From the human T2T-CHM13v2.0 reference genome, Homo sapiens, in the NCBI RefSeq assembly GCF_009914755.1, contig NC_060926.1: a stretch of DNA of 64,000 nt; one strand, written 5' to 3'. The notes beneath the pieces were generated by a model, which saw only the letters and a program-made list of their open reading frames with translations, ran no database searches and was not told the DNA's origin. The position numbers and the translations under genes were made by a program. Below are positions 35,401 through 48,725 of the stretch, piece after piece. Every line of letters starts with the position of its first letter. Within the stretch, counting starts at the first letter, position 1.

Positions 35401-38400
35401 ATTATCCCTCTGCACTCCAATTTCCTCAGCAATGGGAATGGAGATTACCTCATTCCCATGTGTGTGATCCAGCACATGGAAAGTGCTCAGAATAGGGGAA
35501 ATTTATAATAAGTGCTCAATAAAAAAATATAACTTTGCAAGCACAGGTAGTCCACAAAAAAGTCTTTTAACTATGAGGCATGTTCATTGATATCATGAAA
35601 TAAGCTCCAACATATTCGAATAAAACATTTTAGTCAAAATTATACTATTGGTGGAGTTTAATGAAAATGATTTAAGCAACATGATATATGTGAACATTAG
35701 AGACCTTTATAATTAGAGTCCAAAGAGAAAATATATATGTTTTAACCTGTATACATTTCCAAGTAAGGGGCTATATAATTGGACAAGTTGAGGCTCATTT
35801 TGAATTTCCTCCTAAAATCTACATCCCCACCTCTTAGAGCCATTTGCTACTAGCAGACTCTAGATCTACCAAAATGATCAATTTTTCTGCGTATCCCCTA
35901 TGTGAAATCATTACCCAAAGCTGTACGGGTGGATCCAAGTTGTTAATGACAAAGCACCATGTGTGTGAGAAAGTTGAAACTGTCCTTACTGTTCATCCTT
36001 CACCAAAAGAATTAGCAGAATGGCAGAGAGGAAAATGCTGTTTGTAATATTCTCAGATCTAGATTTACATCTTTAATCTAGATTAGCATAAGAACATTTT
36101 ACCTGTATGACCTTGGAAAAATTACTAGCCCCTCATTCCCTCCATTTTCTTTTTCATGGGAATGCGATGATGTAACTTCTAGAATTACATCACTCTGAAA
36201 ACTTTGAACTAACATCCATAAAATACCAAATATGATTAATACTAGCAGTAACTGCAGTCAATCACTTATCTAAATGGATGATGATAAGTATCAACAAGAA
36301 TTTATTTGATGCTGACCAAGTTTCCATGAACAGAATTTGAAAATTATCCATGTCAACAATACAATCCGATTAGAAGAAAACAGTGAGAGGAGAATTAGAA
36401 AATAAGACCATATCATATGGTGATTTCATGCTTTGGAATCAGTGTGGGAGTAAGATCTTAACATACAAACTTTTCATTTATTAATTGAAAACAGGATAGA
36501 AGAAAGTCAGAAGAGTTTATAGAATAGTCTAATATTCCAGCATATAATTTCAATGAAACGCAGGAGTATTAAAACTCTGTAACTTCACTCAATCTTTATT
36601 AAGTGACTGTTACATGCCAGGTAACCTAGACTCTAAGAAGACAATGCTCTTGGTGGTCATAAAATGTGTCTCACTGCACTCTTTCAGCGTCTACGCACTC
36701 TTTCTGAACCATGGAATCATAAATTGAAAATATTCTTATCTCAAAAATCATTGAATCATGGAACACTGTTACATTTTCTTTCTTTCTCTACACAGCACAT
36801 TAAGCATGAAATGGAACTCAACATTAAATTGCCAAGGTTCATCCTTTGAATGGCTCTTTATCTCAATAGTCCGTGAAGTCTTTGTTTGCGTTGTAGAATG
36901 GAAGTATGATTTTGGAGAATTAAAGTACATTGACCAAATGCAAAGAATTCAGTCAAATTTAGTCTCTATACAACACTACTGAGGCACACCATCTCATATA
37001 ACATACAGATACGAATTTACTTTAATTTGGAAGTAAATGTTTACAGAAAATGTAAACGAATCTTTCATCACATTCTCCTTTGAAATGGAGAATACTTTTC
37101 AATTTTCAAGTTTTCAGTATTATAATTTGGTTCTTTATGTATTGTTATTGTTTAAATAATACATCTGATATTTACCAGAGTTTTTGCTTTGGCATCTCTA
37201 AAATTTTCTACTTATAAACATTCTAAATATTAGAGAATTTTAAAGAACATTTTGAAATAAATCATTATTCATTGAGAAAATATCAAAAATCTTAAATATT
37301 TACTTTTTAAAAAGAAAATCCAAGTAGGCTTGGAGACCTCTCCTCAAATACACTAGGGTAGCACACGGTGTACTGGGTCGTAGTAAGAACACAATGTTAT
37401 GAATCACTGTGAAAAGAATTTTGCCACAGTGGTCCAATCTTGAGACTACCAAACACTGACTGAGGAAATTAGTGGTATGGAAAAACTATCGCTGAGTAAT
37501 AACTGGATAATTAGCTATTGGGTATAAAGCAATCAAGAATTATTCACAAAGTAAATCATGTCTAGAGGAGAATGGCTTATATTATTAACCATTGGAAGTT
37601 ATTTGTTTTCGTAAAGTTATTCCTGAAAAAGAAACTGTCCAAATATAGGAGGACCATCATGCCAAGAAAAAGAGGATATATTGTCTAAAAATGAGAGTGC
37701 TCTTTTATATGTGTACAAGTGTGCCTTAGAGGCCATTAAGTATGTTGCAAACACAGAGATGCTTTACTGAGAACACTGTGCCTCCAGCCTCAGATTCAGG
37801 TCTCACAGCTGGAAATTTGTAGAGGAGATGAGTTTGCCTGTGGTGATGAGCTGCATGAGAAACAAACTCCTACACACCAGTCTTTATGGTTGAGAAATTT
37901 TCTCTTCCAACCACACTATCAGCAACCCCATCCCCTCACCTGTTAATAAGAATCAAGAAGTCCACTGATGCAAGTCTCAGAGCGGGAGATGATACTTGCA
38001 AAGCAGACAGTCACAGTTAGGAAGGTAATTTTCCTCATCAGAAGTGTGGAACAGGCAAAGCAGCTGCAAACCCAAAGAAATGAACAATGACGGTTCAATT
38101 TCCATGCGCATGAGAAAGCTAAGCCAACTCTCTGGGTTAGGATATGAGGAGCAATTTAAAAACAGAATTAGGAATGTTTCCAAGAAAAGTAAATAAAGTA
38201 TTTCATGTGCTTACCGGGCAGCATTTCCAAGCAAGATGGGTCATGAGAGAGGCTCCATCAAAATAAGTTTGTTAAATCAGTTTGGGTAATGCTGAGTATT
38301 TTATCCATCTCATGGAGAGTCACAGAGCTTAACTTTTTAACATAAAATTTACCATTTCATATAAAATCAATATTTAAACTTAGCTAGGTCCAGGGAAGGC

Positions 38401-38789
38401 AGATGATTTTATTCTCATGAGCAAAGAGAGATGTCAAATGACTGATCCAAATGCCCAGGTGCAAGGTGGTGGCAATACCTGCCCCAGAAATTCAGAGCTA
38501 TTGTCCAGGGCACTTGGAGCTACATCAACTCAACACAGAGAACCTTGAAAAAAATTATAAAAGTCTTTTTTCTTTTCTCATCCTTGCTGAAATAGTTGAT
38601 AGAATAAATAGCTTTAAAAGAAATATTAAGAGTCAGAAGACATAGATCCCCTTAACCAGCTCCACCATTGACTAGCTGTGTGGAACCGTAGGAAATAACA
38701 TACTGTCTCTAGGCTTTGGATCCATTGAGCTAGGTGACCATTGTTATAGGTCCTCCAGCAGCCCTCTTGCTTTTTTTGATACTAGAATT

Positions 38790-39278
38790 CCTTCTCCTAT
38801 GAGGATGCATGGCCTTGTATCCTCACAGGAGCTACAGAAGATTGGTTTGAATAGAACCAACTCTCCTCCCCCATGTTCTCTCTCCTCTCACCAGAAGGGT
38901 GTCACTGGTCATTGACTGAGTACACCCTTCTTCCTGCAGCCACCCAGTCACAGCGGTTTGTTCAGCAATTGACACAAGATGCCAACTGGGCCAGAGTTCT
39001 CCCAGGAAAAAAATCTCTTTCTGCTGGGGTTATTAAGTTGATGAGATATGAGTGTGGGCCCAGGGGCATCCATGTATTTTTCTTTTCTTACCATGTGGAG
39101 AGAGATTTTCTGAGAGATGGAGAAAGAGTCTGAGTGACACTAGATATCAGCTTCTTTCATGCGTGATGCACCTGTATCCTGGAACTTACAAGTTACATGA
39201 ATCAATAAATTGTTTTTAATTTAAAATTAGCTTAAGCTAGATTTTTGTTGATTGTAACCCAAAGATTCTTAATTAATA
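38790..39278 (+). mobile_element. Old MaLR LTR (MLT1J/K/L-like)
   Basis: 3' end agttacatgaatcaataaatt...ttgtaacccaaagattcttaattaata. The 5' boundary is uncertain. Confidence 0.6.
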
Positions 39279-41432
39279 AAGTCCATTCTAGCTTGAACTT
39301 TGATGATATTAGGAGACATTAATGTTACTTAAAAGAAGAATGTATCATTTCCTTAGAAAGCTCATCTATGGAATGTAGGGGAGGAAATTTTACTCTTGAT
39401 CTTCTTAATTATTCAGTCCTTGAAAATTCACAGTGGGGGAAATGAATAAAACACTTGTTCCTGAGCTGAATTTGTAGAAAATTATAAGTAGCCTCGAGAT
39501 ATTCATTTGGAGCACTTTCTTCAGGCCTTCCATATTCATGTTCATCTTGAGTTTGAATATGTAAAGTGGAGCCAGCTTTGCGTATGCTACCTGAAGACAT
39601 GGGGAAAAGTCAAATTAAATTGTTTGAGTATTTCAGGCCCCATGCTAATTATAGAGAAGGGTAGAGAGTACTTCATTTTCAAGGGGAGAAACCAGGAGAG
39701 TGTGTGGCTCACGCAGATAGATCCCGAAGGACATGTGCAAACAGATTAGCAGAAGATAGGATATTAGCACAGAAGGCCCCTTTAAATTCCATGATTCTTT
39801 GCACCAAACTTCCAAGGTCTAAGTTAGTACCTAGTGCAGAGTCATGACTATAATAGATACTAAATAATAAATATTTATTGATGATAAAGATAAGAAGGCC
39901 TGGCAAGGCCTCTTTCTCCTTTGGATATAAGAAAACTCAGCCAGCGGACAGGATGTTTGCAATCATTCCAAGACTCCACAGAGAAGAAAAGAGAAATAGA
40001 GAAGGAATTTACAACCTTCCACATTCTCACAATGTTTAGTCCTCCCTCTCAGCAGTCTTTGATCCTTTTATTAAGCCCTCTAAATGTAAACGTTTCTAGC
40101 CACCATTTTGAGAATTTAGAATCTGCCTGTAAATTTCTAGAGACTTTACTTGATAGGTTCTTTTCGTTTTCATTGACCTTCTTCAAATTTAGGGTCCCAG
40201 CTCATTTCTCTTAACTTAGCTTTTAAAGATTTTCAAGCCTATGCAATACATAATCTTTGACTTTTCTGTCTCTTAGGGTTTCAGCTTCTTTCCTTTATGA
40301 TTCTTAGATTAAGATTAAAGCATATATCTCAAGATACAGATGTATTGTAAGACTCCAGACACTTCAAATAAATCTTATTTACTGGACATTTTGAGACAAT
40401 TTACTTGCAACATTTCCTATGCATTGTTTTATTGTAAACAAATAAATAATGTAAAACAAAGAATTGGGGAATGTGGAATGGGCAATGCTCATTTCTAGTC
40501 TGTAGTAGAATAAACATGTTTCATGAGTATACAGTAAAGGAAACACTGAGTATGAGAATATGTGCGCATGCATCTGCCTTAATCAATACTACGTAGAATA
40601 TGAACTACATGATCCTGCTCAATTTATAGGAAAATAAATAAAGCAAAAGAGACACTCTGGATCCCAGAGGGATTCTTTTTCCAAAGCAATCAGACATCTG
40701 GAGTCTTGGTCTGATAAAAATCAATGACTCTTTCAGGGCAGTATATCTTTAGATGTGGGTGTGGGAAGGAGTGCATAATGAAAGAGGAATTGGTGAGGGT
40801 ACAAAGCAAATATTTAAAAAACTAAAAAAACTATAACCTTCTCTCTCTGTAATAAAAAATACCAACATGTAGGCTATGGCATAATTATGTGTGTATATTT
40901 ATATTACTATGAATTCTAGAAATAATAGGAACAATTTCTTATCTTACTCTTGTGGGTAGAGTATATACCTTCCCTTACATGTGTTTGTCTGTGCCAGTGT
41001 TTTTGGTTCAGATGGAAAGGAATCATGTCATTTTTTCCAGTAATAAGTAGTAATGTACCATCTATACATGAGTGCTTGAGAAACACTATACAACTCTTTG
41101 AATTATGAGGTCATAAAATATTACTATCTAATGGAAACCAGTTTTAAAATGGGATTAGGCAGGGCAGGATTTTTTCCAGCATTATTGCAGATCACTTGAC
41201 CTTTTTAGTATTGATCATTCTATACCTGCATTTACCCACTCAAGAATACTTCAGCAAGCATGCCCTTAAATATATTTAGAAAATAAAACTATCCATTATC
41301 CCTTCAAAATATACATAAATAGTTAAACAAATGAAAATAAGCTTTGTTTATTCTCATTTAGTGTATATTGTTATTTAGGTTAGATGCAAGCCACTGTTTG
41401 CAATGTGACTGAGGAATATTTAAAAATACATG

Positions 41433-41751
41433 CAGGAACATGGATGAAGCTGGAAACCATCATTCTCAGCAAACTAACACAGGAACAGAAAACCAAATAG
41501 CACATGTTCTCACTCATAAGTGGGAGTTGAACAATGAGAATATATGGACATAGGGAGGGGAACATCACACACCAGGGCTTGTCGGCGGGTGGGGGGCTAG
41601 GGGAGGGATAGCATTAGGAGAAATACCTAATGTAGATGACGGACCGATGGGTGCAGCAAACCACCATGGCAGTACGTGTATACCTATGTAATAAACCTAC
41701 ATGTTCTGCACATGTACCCCAAAACTTAAAAGTATAATAACAAAAAAAAGG
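41433..41751 (+). mobile_element. Short 5'-truncated L1PA7/8-like 3' end
   Basis: L1 3'UTR with G-rich tract and poly(A). Perfect TSD aaaaatacatg at 41422-41432 and 41752-41762, preceded by ttt (TT/AAAA site). Confidence 0.95.
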
Positions 41752-44700
41752 AAAAATACATGTAGTTATCCTTACAACAGTCCTTAGAGGAGCTCTGTCT
41801 GGAGTATTTTAAGCTTCTCAAATATAATAATAATCAAAAAATAAGATGTATACATATAAATTCAAAGTATGTTACTATGATCACCATAAATGATACATGA
41901 CTGATAATAATATTATATAAGTAATTTTTCTGAAAGTTAATCCTGGACTTTCAAGTCTTTTAAACATTTAAAACAACACAAAAATATCAGGAAATGAGAA
42001 CAAAGTGAGATTGGCCATGGAAACAACTTACTATTGAGCACTTAAATTCAGACATTAGGAAACAATTACTACTGAGGCAGCTGCTTTTAAAACATATCCC
42101 ATTTGAGCTATTGTGCATAGGTCTACATGGGATTTGACAGGTAGAAAAAATATTTGTTGATTCCTGTTTGGAGGATTGCTGCAGACTTGCTGCTTCCACA
42201 GGCTTTCAAATTAGGTTTGAGTCTTACAGAACAAACCGAACCCTGGAATCTTTCCTGTCATTGTAACCCCCAAAGTGAGAAGTAAAATAAGCCAGGGTTA
42301 AGGAAGGCTCTAAACTGCATGTGGAACAGGTGCTGTGTGCTGTTGCAGAAACTCAAAAGGAAAAATGCTTTAGGGAGAAAAAGTGGATGTTAAAGAGTCT
42401 TCAAACACCCTAGTAGTTTCTATAAACAACAGTGCATATTAGTCTGAATGCGTACCTAGAAGAATTGCTTACTCCCCAGTACAATGGGCTTTACTTTCAT
42501 GGCTTTGTCCTTTGAGAACGCAGAGACCTGGAAATTTAAGGTGCTGGTGAGATCATGCGTAATCGATCAGGTTAAAAACTGTCATCTACTCTGGCCTGGC
42601 TAGGTGTCTGAAATTTTGCTTTGATTATTGTAAATAACTTATTTCCAGTAGAGGAGCACTTGTCTTTTGTGAGAAAAACATCTACACAAAAGATCAAGAC
42701 TGGAAAGATAAAATATATTTTTAAGACACATAATTAAGAGATTTATGAAACATCTTAAGAGAGAACACGTTAAACCAATTAATTCAATGGAATCATAGAA
42801 TTGGAAGGTTCTTTAGAACCCATCTTCCTTATTTTAGGGATCAGGCCATTCAGCTGCTTAGTGACCAGAACCAAAATTTCTAAAATCTCAGCCCAGTGTG
42901 TCTTTCCCTTCCTAATTCAGAGTTAGTATAGGAAGACACAGTAGCAGGATTGACTTGCATCCAGTGAGAAGCCAGGATGGCTTGGAAATCAGAAATCATG
43001 GACCATCTACCAGGAACTAGTGTGATCTCAGACTTGACAGAGTAGTGTGACCTCTGCTTTCACTTCCTTAAAGCTGTCCAGCACTCAAGCTCTTGCTACA
43101 TTTTCAGAGAGAGTGGGGAGATTCGTATCAACAATCTTAAGAACACTTATCAACAATTGGTTAAGCTACTTATACAGAGGCCACCCAATTAAGCTAAGAG
43201 GTATCACTAGCTGTCTGCCCAGCCTGAGATCCCACTAATCCACCAGCTGTGTTTCATGAAAACTTCTCCCTGCATTTGCTGTATTTCCAGAAGGGCTTCA
43301 GGAAATATCAGATAAGTCCCCCTGGGCCATGTCAGATCAAGCAAGCTTTTAGAGGAATCTGTCTCTGTCTCTCAGGGACTCCCACTAATTACTGACCAAA
43401 TGGTGGACTTCAGTGTGGCATGGTAGAACCTGCCTGTTTGATTATTTATGTATCTAAACTTCTGGTCTCTTAAGGCTGACATTGTTTTCTTAGGTGAAAC
43501 ACAGACAATGGCTTTCAAAACCTTTTTTTCTTAGAGAATGTCTCTGGGAAAGGACCGACACTCCATAAATTCTGAGCAGGATTAAAATGTTTCATTTAAA
43601 GCAGTTGTTAGAATGAGGGACAAAGAGAGTCAAAGGCAGAGTGAAAGAGGGAGTGGTGTGGCCCCAGAAAGTGGTTGCTCTGTGGCCATCGGGGAATAGA
43701 GAGTGTAAAAAGCTTCTTGCACACATTGCCTCATCTATAAAAACCAGAACTACTTGGCATCTCTCTAAGTAACAAATGGATCTAAGGGCTGGAGAGAAGT
43801 GTTGTTGGCAGGAAGTAGTCTCCAGGGCTATGTGCATTGCAGACTGTGCATTTCCCTGTAGTGCATAGATCATAGATTACAAAGCTGTGTTCACATACCT
43901 TTTGTATCTAAGGACTACATTTTGCAGGTTTTGGCTTGTTTCATGCAAAATTTCTGGGGGTGAGAGAATAAATGTGGATAGTTGAGATAAAGAGAAACTG
44001 CATTTTGCTTTTGAGATGCAGGGAAGAGGAAAGAGATGTGAAGAAATACTAAGAGGAACAAGATAGAGAAGATAGAGGTCTTCAACCTTGGCTCCTCTCT
44101 CAACTTTCAGGACTTTCAGGACTTTTGTTTTAAATGAAAACCTGTGTTCTATACAATTTAAAATTGACCTGTAGGTTTGACCCCTCCTTCAGCCTCCGCG
44201 TGTCTGAAACTCTAAGCACGTGCCCGTACACAGCAGAGTAAAATGCAAGATTTCTACACTCTAGCTGATTTGTTTTTTTATCCCAAATCGAATTCTACCA
44301 GAGTACTGGATTCACAGGTGAGCTAATAAATCTTCCAGAAGAAGGGACCCTCAGAGGATGTTGCAGCCACAGCGTGAGTTAAATTTTAAGTGTCTGGTTT
44401 GTCCCAGAGAATCCATTGCTCTGCTTTGTGTCTCCCTTTGAAACATGCAGGCAGCAGATTAACTCGGTGCCACAGAAACTGTCTATAAAATAGAACATTG
44501 CCATTTCTTGTCCTGTCGGTTAGCAAAAGTAGATTGCTTTCCAAGACTCCTACTGACTACCTATTGACTATCTCTTGACCCTGCCCCCTGCCCAGATACC
44601 AAAACAACAAACAAGCAAACAAACCCTTACCTGTTTAAAAGACAGGAACAACAAGCAAAACTTCAAAATCCTCTTTTCTCAATCCTGATATCCATTAGAA

Positions 44701-45909
44701 TTCAAAAAACCATCCTAGGTTGTGATTTCTAACAAGGTTTACTTGAGAGCGAAATGGACACTTAATAGTGGATATGACATTAAAGGCACTCAAAACTTTT
44801 GATCCCAATCTTTGAGTCGTTAACATTGTTTACACCAGTTGTGCTTCTTTCTGAGTAAATGGAACACTTTATTATTATTTGATTTTAGTTACTCTTATAG
44901 CTGCCATTGTGAAGTCTTTGAAATTTTAATTGCTATATAGCATCCTAGTGGATTCTTTATAGTCTTGAAAATATTTAGGATCCTGTCTCAGGCATAAAAA
45001 TAAACTGCTCAAAACCTTTTGTCAAGTTTATGCTCGAAGCTATTGTATCCTTTGGGTTATTTTCACAGGCACGGTTTTTAGGCGTTTCTTTCTAACACTG
45101 TTGAATTTCTGAACCTTAAATGTGTCAACGGCCATCTGTAGTTCTACTCCAAATATCCTTCCCAGTTGGGGTTGTAATACTCATCTCCCACATTCAGGAC
45201 CTCGGCTAACTCCTCTCAACCCTTTGCCTGGTCTGGGGCATACTAAATTACAAAGAACAGGCTGAATCTTTTAACGTGGTCTTTTTGCTAGAAAAAGTAA
45301 TATCACAACGACAGTAATGCATCTCATGTTTTAGTAACAATGGTTTACCCTAGGGAGCATTAACGTCACTAACGTCACTGTGTACCTTAGCAGCTACTTT
45401 TCCTCGCATTTTATAATTCCCCTTCCCTCCGCCCCCCGGCCCCACCCGTGGGCAGCATCCCAAAGCCGCCTGGCTGACGTTGGTTAGGGTAGAGACGCCC
45501 TCCCTAAAGGCTGTCCAAGCCGTCTCTTCCTTTCATTAGCGGTGTAATCCTGTGTTCCCGCCGGAGCCTGGCACGGAAGTGTAATCTTCCCGCGGGGGCC
45601 CTCCTGTCGTCTCGCCTACCTGAGAGCTGAGACTAAATGAAATATAAAATATTCACGATAAGAGGAAACAAAGGATGCTGCCTCCAGGACGGCTACTGTG
45701 CCTGAGGCTGGGCTCCTTCTCAGTCATCCCAGGGCCTCTCCGTCTGGCCCCACCCTCGCCCCTCCAGGGGATCCACAAGTTGAATCGCAGCTCTCCAGGG
45801 TTAATTGCCCTGGCCGGGAGCCAGACTCCTCACCGCCGCCCCGTTCCCCCCTGCTGGGGAGCGCAGAATGACCACCAGGAGGCCAGGAACAAAACGCTTA
45901 AATGTTGCA

Positions 45910-45915
45910 TTTATT
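45910..45915 (-). terminator. RPRM polyadenylation signal AATAAA
   Basis: tttatt on the plus strand ~875 nt past the stop codon, with a U-rich stretch upstream in the mRNA (45925-45948). Confidence 0.75.
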
Positions 45916-46789
45916 AAGGAAATGTTAAATAAGAAAAAAACAAAAAGTCAAAACGGTGTCACGGATGTCAAGAGCACTTTTGTGGCGTAAACCGTGCAGT
46001 CACGAGCTACGAGTTCTATTCTGGGTCTTTGTCCCAGGGCCAGCAGGAACGCTAGACGCCTCCCAAAAGACCCAGTGGGAAATGCACTAAAAGAAACAAC
46101 TCACCCCGTTCAAATTCGCAGGCTCCCCCTCCCCCCACCCCTTCTCCCACAATGACAAAACTGTAACTCCTCAGGCAGGCAAACAGGCCACTGGGGCAGA
46201 AAAAGACTTATCAAACATTTGTATTCAAGCAAACAAACACAAAACCTCTTAAAACGGCACGTTACAATCAAAGGTATTTATCGCCCCTCCCCTCCAGGGC
46301 AGGGGGGGAGCAGGAGAAGAGTGGGAGCGCACCCGGACACGGATTTGTGAGACCCCATGAGTCTGCTGCGTGGCTTTTAACAGGTCACTCTTCCGGTCAC
46401 AAGGCGATCAGTGCCGCTGGGTCTCTCCCCTGCCCGCCCTCTCCACCTGCCCCCAGAGCTTGGCCCACCTGCGGGTGGAGAAGGGCCTTCGCACCGTCGG
46501 TCTCCCCGCATTCCAAGTAAGTAGCAGCTTCCAAAGTTGTGCGCCCTAATCGCCCTCTTCTTGCCACTTTCTGCTGAGTTCAGAGTCTGGGCGCTCTCCT
46601 CCGACTGCCAGGCATGAGGACTTTCAGAGGGCGAGGGAGAAACCGGTCGCTTCTTTCCGAAAGGCCGAAGTCGAGAGAAATAATTGACTCCGACAGGTTT
46701 GCTTCGCCCAGTCTCTGATAGTGAGGGGCACAGCCGGGCTAGCAAAGTGGGCAGGCGTGGGAGCGGTTGCCGCGGGGGCAGAGGGCGGG

Positions 46790-47206
<417 letters not shown>

Positions 47207-47879
47207 TCACTCGCAGACTAGCGCGTGCGAGGGCTCCTCGCTCTGCTTTCGAAAGTCCCTGGGCCGTGGGAGTTTCCCAGGAGCCTCTCCGACGCGCGCA
47301 GCAGCTAGGCTCTTCTAAAGCCGTCCGCTCCAGCCCTGGTGGTGCTCGTTCCCGGCGCTCGCTCGAGGGGGGGCTGTTGGAACTTGGCGGGGCTGGACCA
47401 GCCCGGCCGTGGGAGGTGCGGGCCGCGGCGGCTGCAGCGGCGGGGTGGCTGCGCTGAGCAAACAGCGGCCCCTTCCGGCCGCACCGCCGCGCTGCGCGCT
47501 GCTCTTGGGAGGTGGAGGAAGCAAAGGGGCGAACCTGGTCTTGCTTTTTATTGCTTGCTTCTTTTGCAAACTCCAAAGGCCAGGCAGAGGTCACTGTACT
47601 CTTCTAGCTTGATGGATGATTAAAGAGTTTGTCGGGGGAGGGTGCGGTCAGCTGAAAGTTTCAGAGGAACTGGGACACACGAGCTCTGCGTGTCCTTTGC
47701 CTGCTGCCCCCCTGACCTCTGGGCGAATGGAAAGTGGCGATGAATCGCAGGTGCCAGATGGTGCCGGCTGAGGCCACCCGCCCACTGCCTGTGCTTGACT
47801 CCGACTCGCCTGCGTTGGATTTCTAGTGGAGTGGAGGTGATCTGAGAATGTTTCTTACAAAGCAATGAATTTGGAAAGA

Positions 47880-47950
47880 CAGAAAGGCATGGAAGAAGGA
47901 AGGAAGAAAGGAAGGAAGGAAAGAAAAAAGGAAGGGAGGGAGAAAGAAGA
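47880..47950. repeat. Purine-rich (GGAA/GA) low-complexity tract
   Basis: ggaagaaggaaggaagaaaggaaggaaggaaagaaaaaaggaagggagggagaaagaaga. Confidence 0.85.
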
Positions 47951-48574
47951 GCTCTACACCCAGCTTCCTTTACAAAAGCGATTGGGAGACAGAGCAAGGC
48001 AGGTTTTATCGTGAGGTTTGAGGCCAAGGAAAGAGGGTTAGAGGAAGGAGGAGTTCTTCTGTGGCCCTTGGGTGGAGGTAGTTGCCGGGAGCAGGGTCAC
48101 CTCTCTGGTAAAGGAGGTGAACAGAGTGACCACTTGCTTGTAATTTTAATTGCAGATAAGTTTTTGGATGTGCTTCCAGCATTTTGTCCGTTGGCAGTAA
48201 ATCAGTTGTTGAAGGGAATTGCTCATCAACATCCATCACCTAGAACGCTGGCCAAATACTGGGAGCCCTCCCCATTTTCCATAAGCTGATGTATTTCACC
48301 CTTAGTCATTTAAACTAAACACAGATGTTTTTATAGGCCTGATTGACGCTTCAGCCATTGTGATTTTGCTCTAGGTTCCAACGAAATTCTATAAACCTGT
48401 CAGATTAAGTTTCTTAACTCTGAAAGAATATTGCATGTTCCCGCTCCCCCTTTTCTGTTTTCTTTCCCCTCCCTCCTTTTCCCCATTACTCCCTGCCTTC
48501 CTCCCTCTTTCTTTCAGCTGTAACAGCTGGAAACCAGTAACTTGAGCTTCCAATAGAATACATTTACTTTCTAT

Positions 48575-48725
48575 TAAATGTTCTCACCACAAAGAACTGA
48601 TAAAAATTTGAGATAATGGGTACGCTAATTACTCTGATTTGATCATTCCACATGTATATGTGTATCAAAATATCACTTTGTACCTCATAAATATGTACAG
48701 TTGTCAATTAAAAATAAAATAAAAC
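48575..48725 (+). mobile_element. L1MA/MB 3' end fragment
   Basis: gttctcaccacaaa...tgatttgatcatt...aaatatcactttgtacctcataaatatg...aaaaataaaataaaa. Confidence 0.75.

Noticed and set aside
47750-47766. CTCF-like gtgccagatggtgcc
   Set aside because: Only a partial core match with mismatches at key positions. Not supportable without ChIP data.
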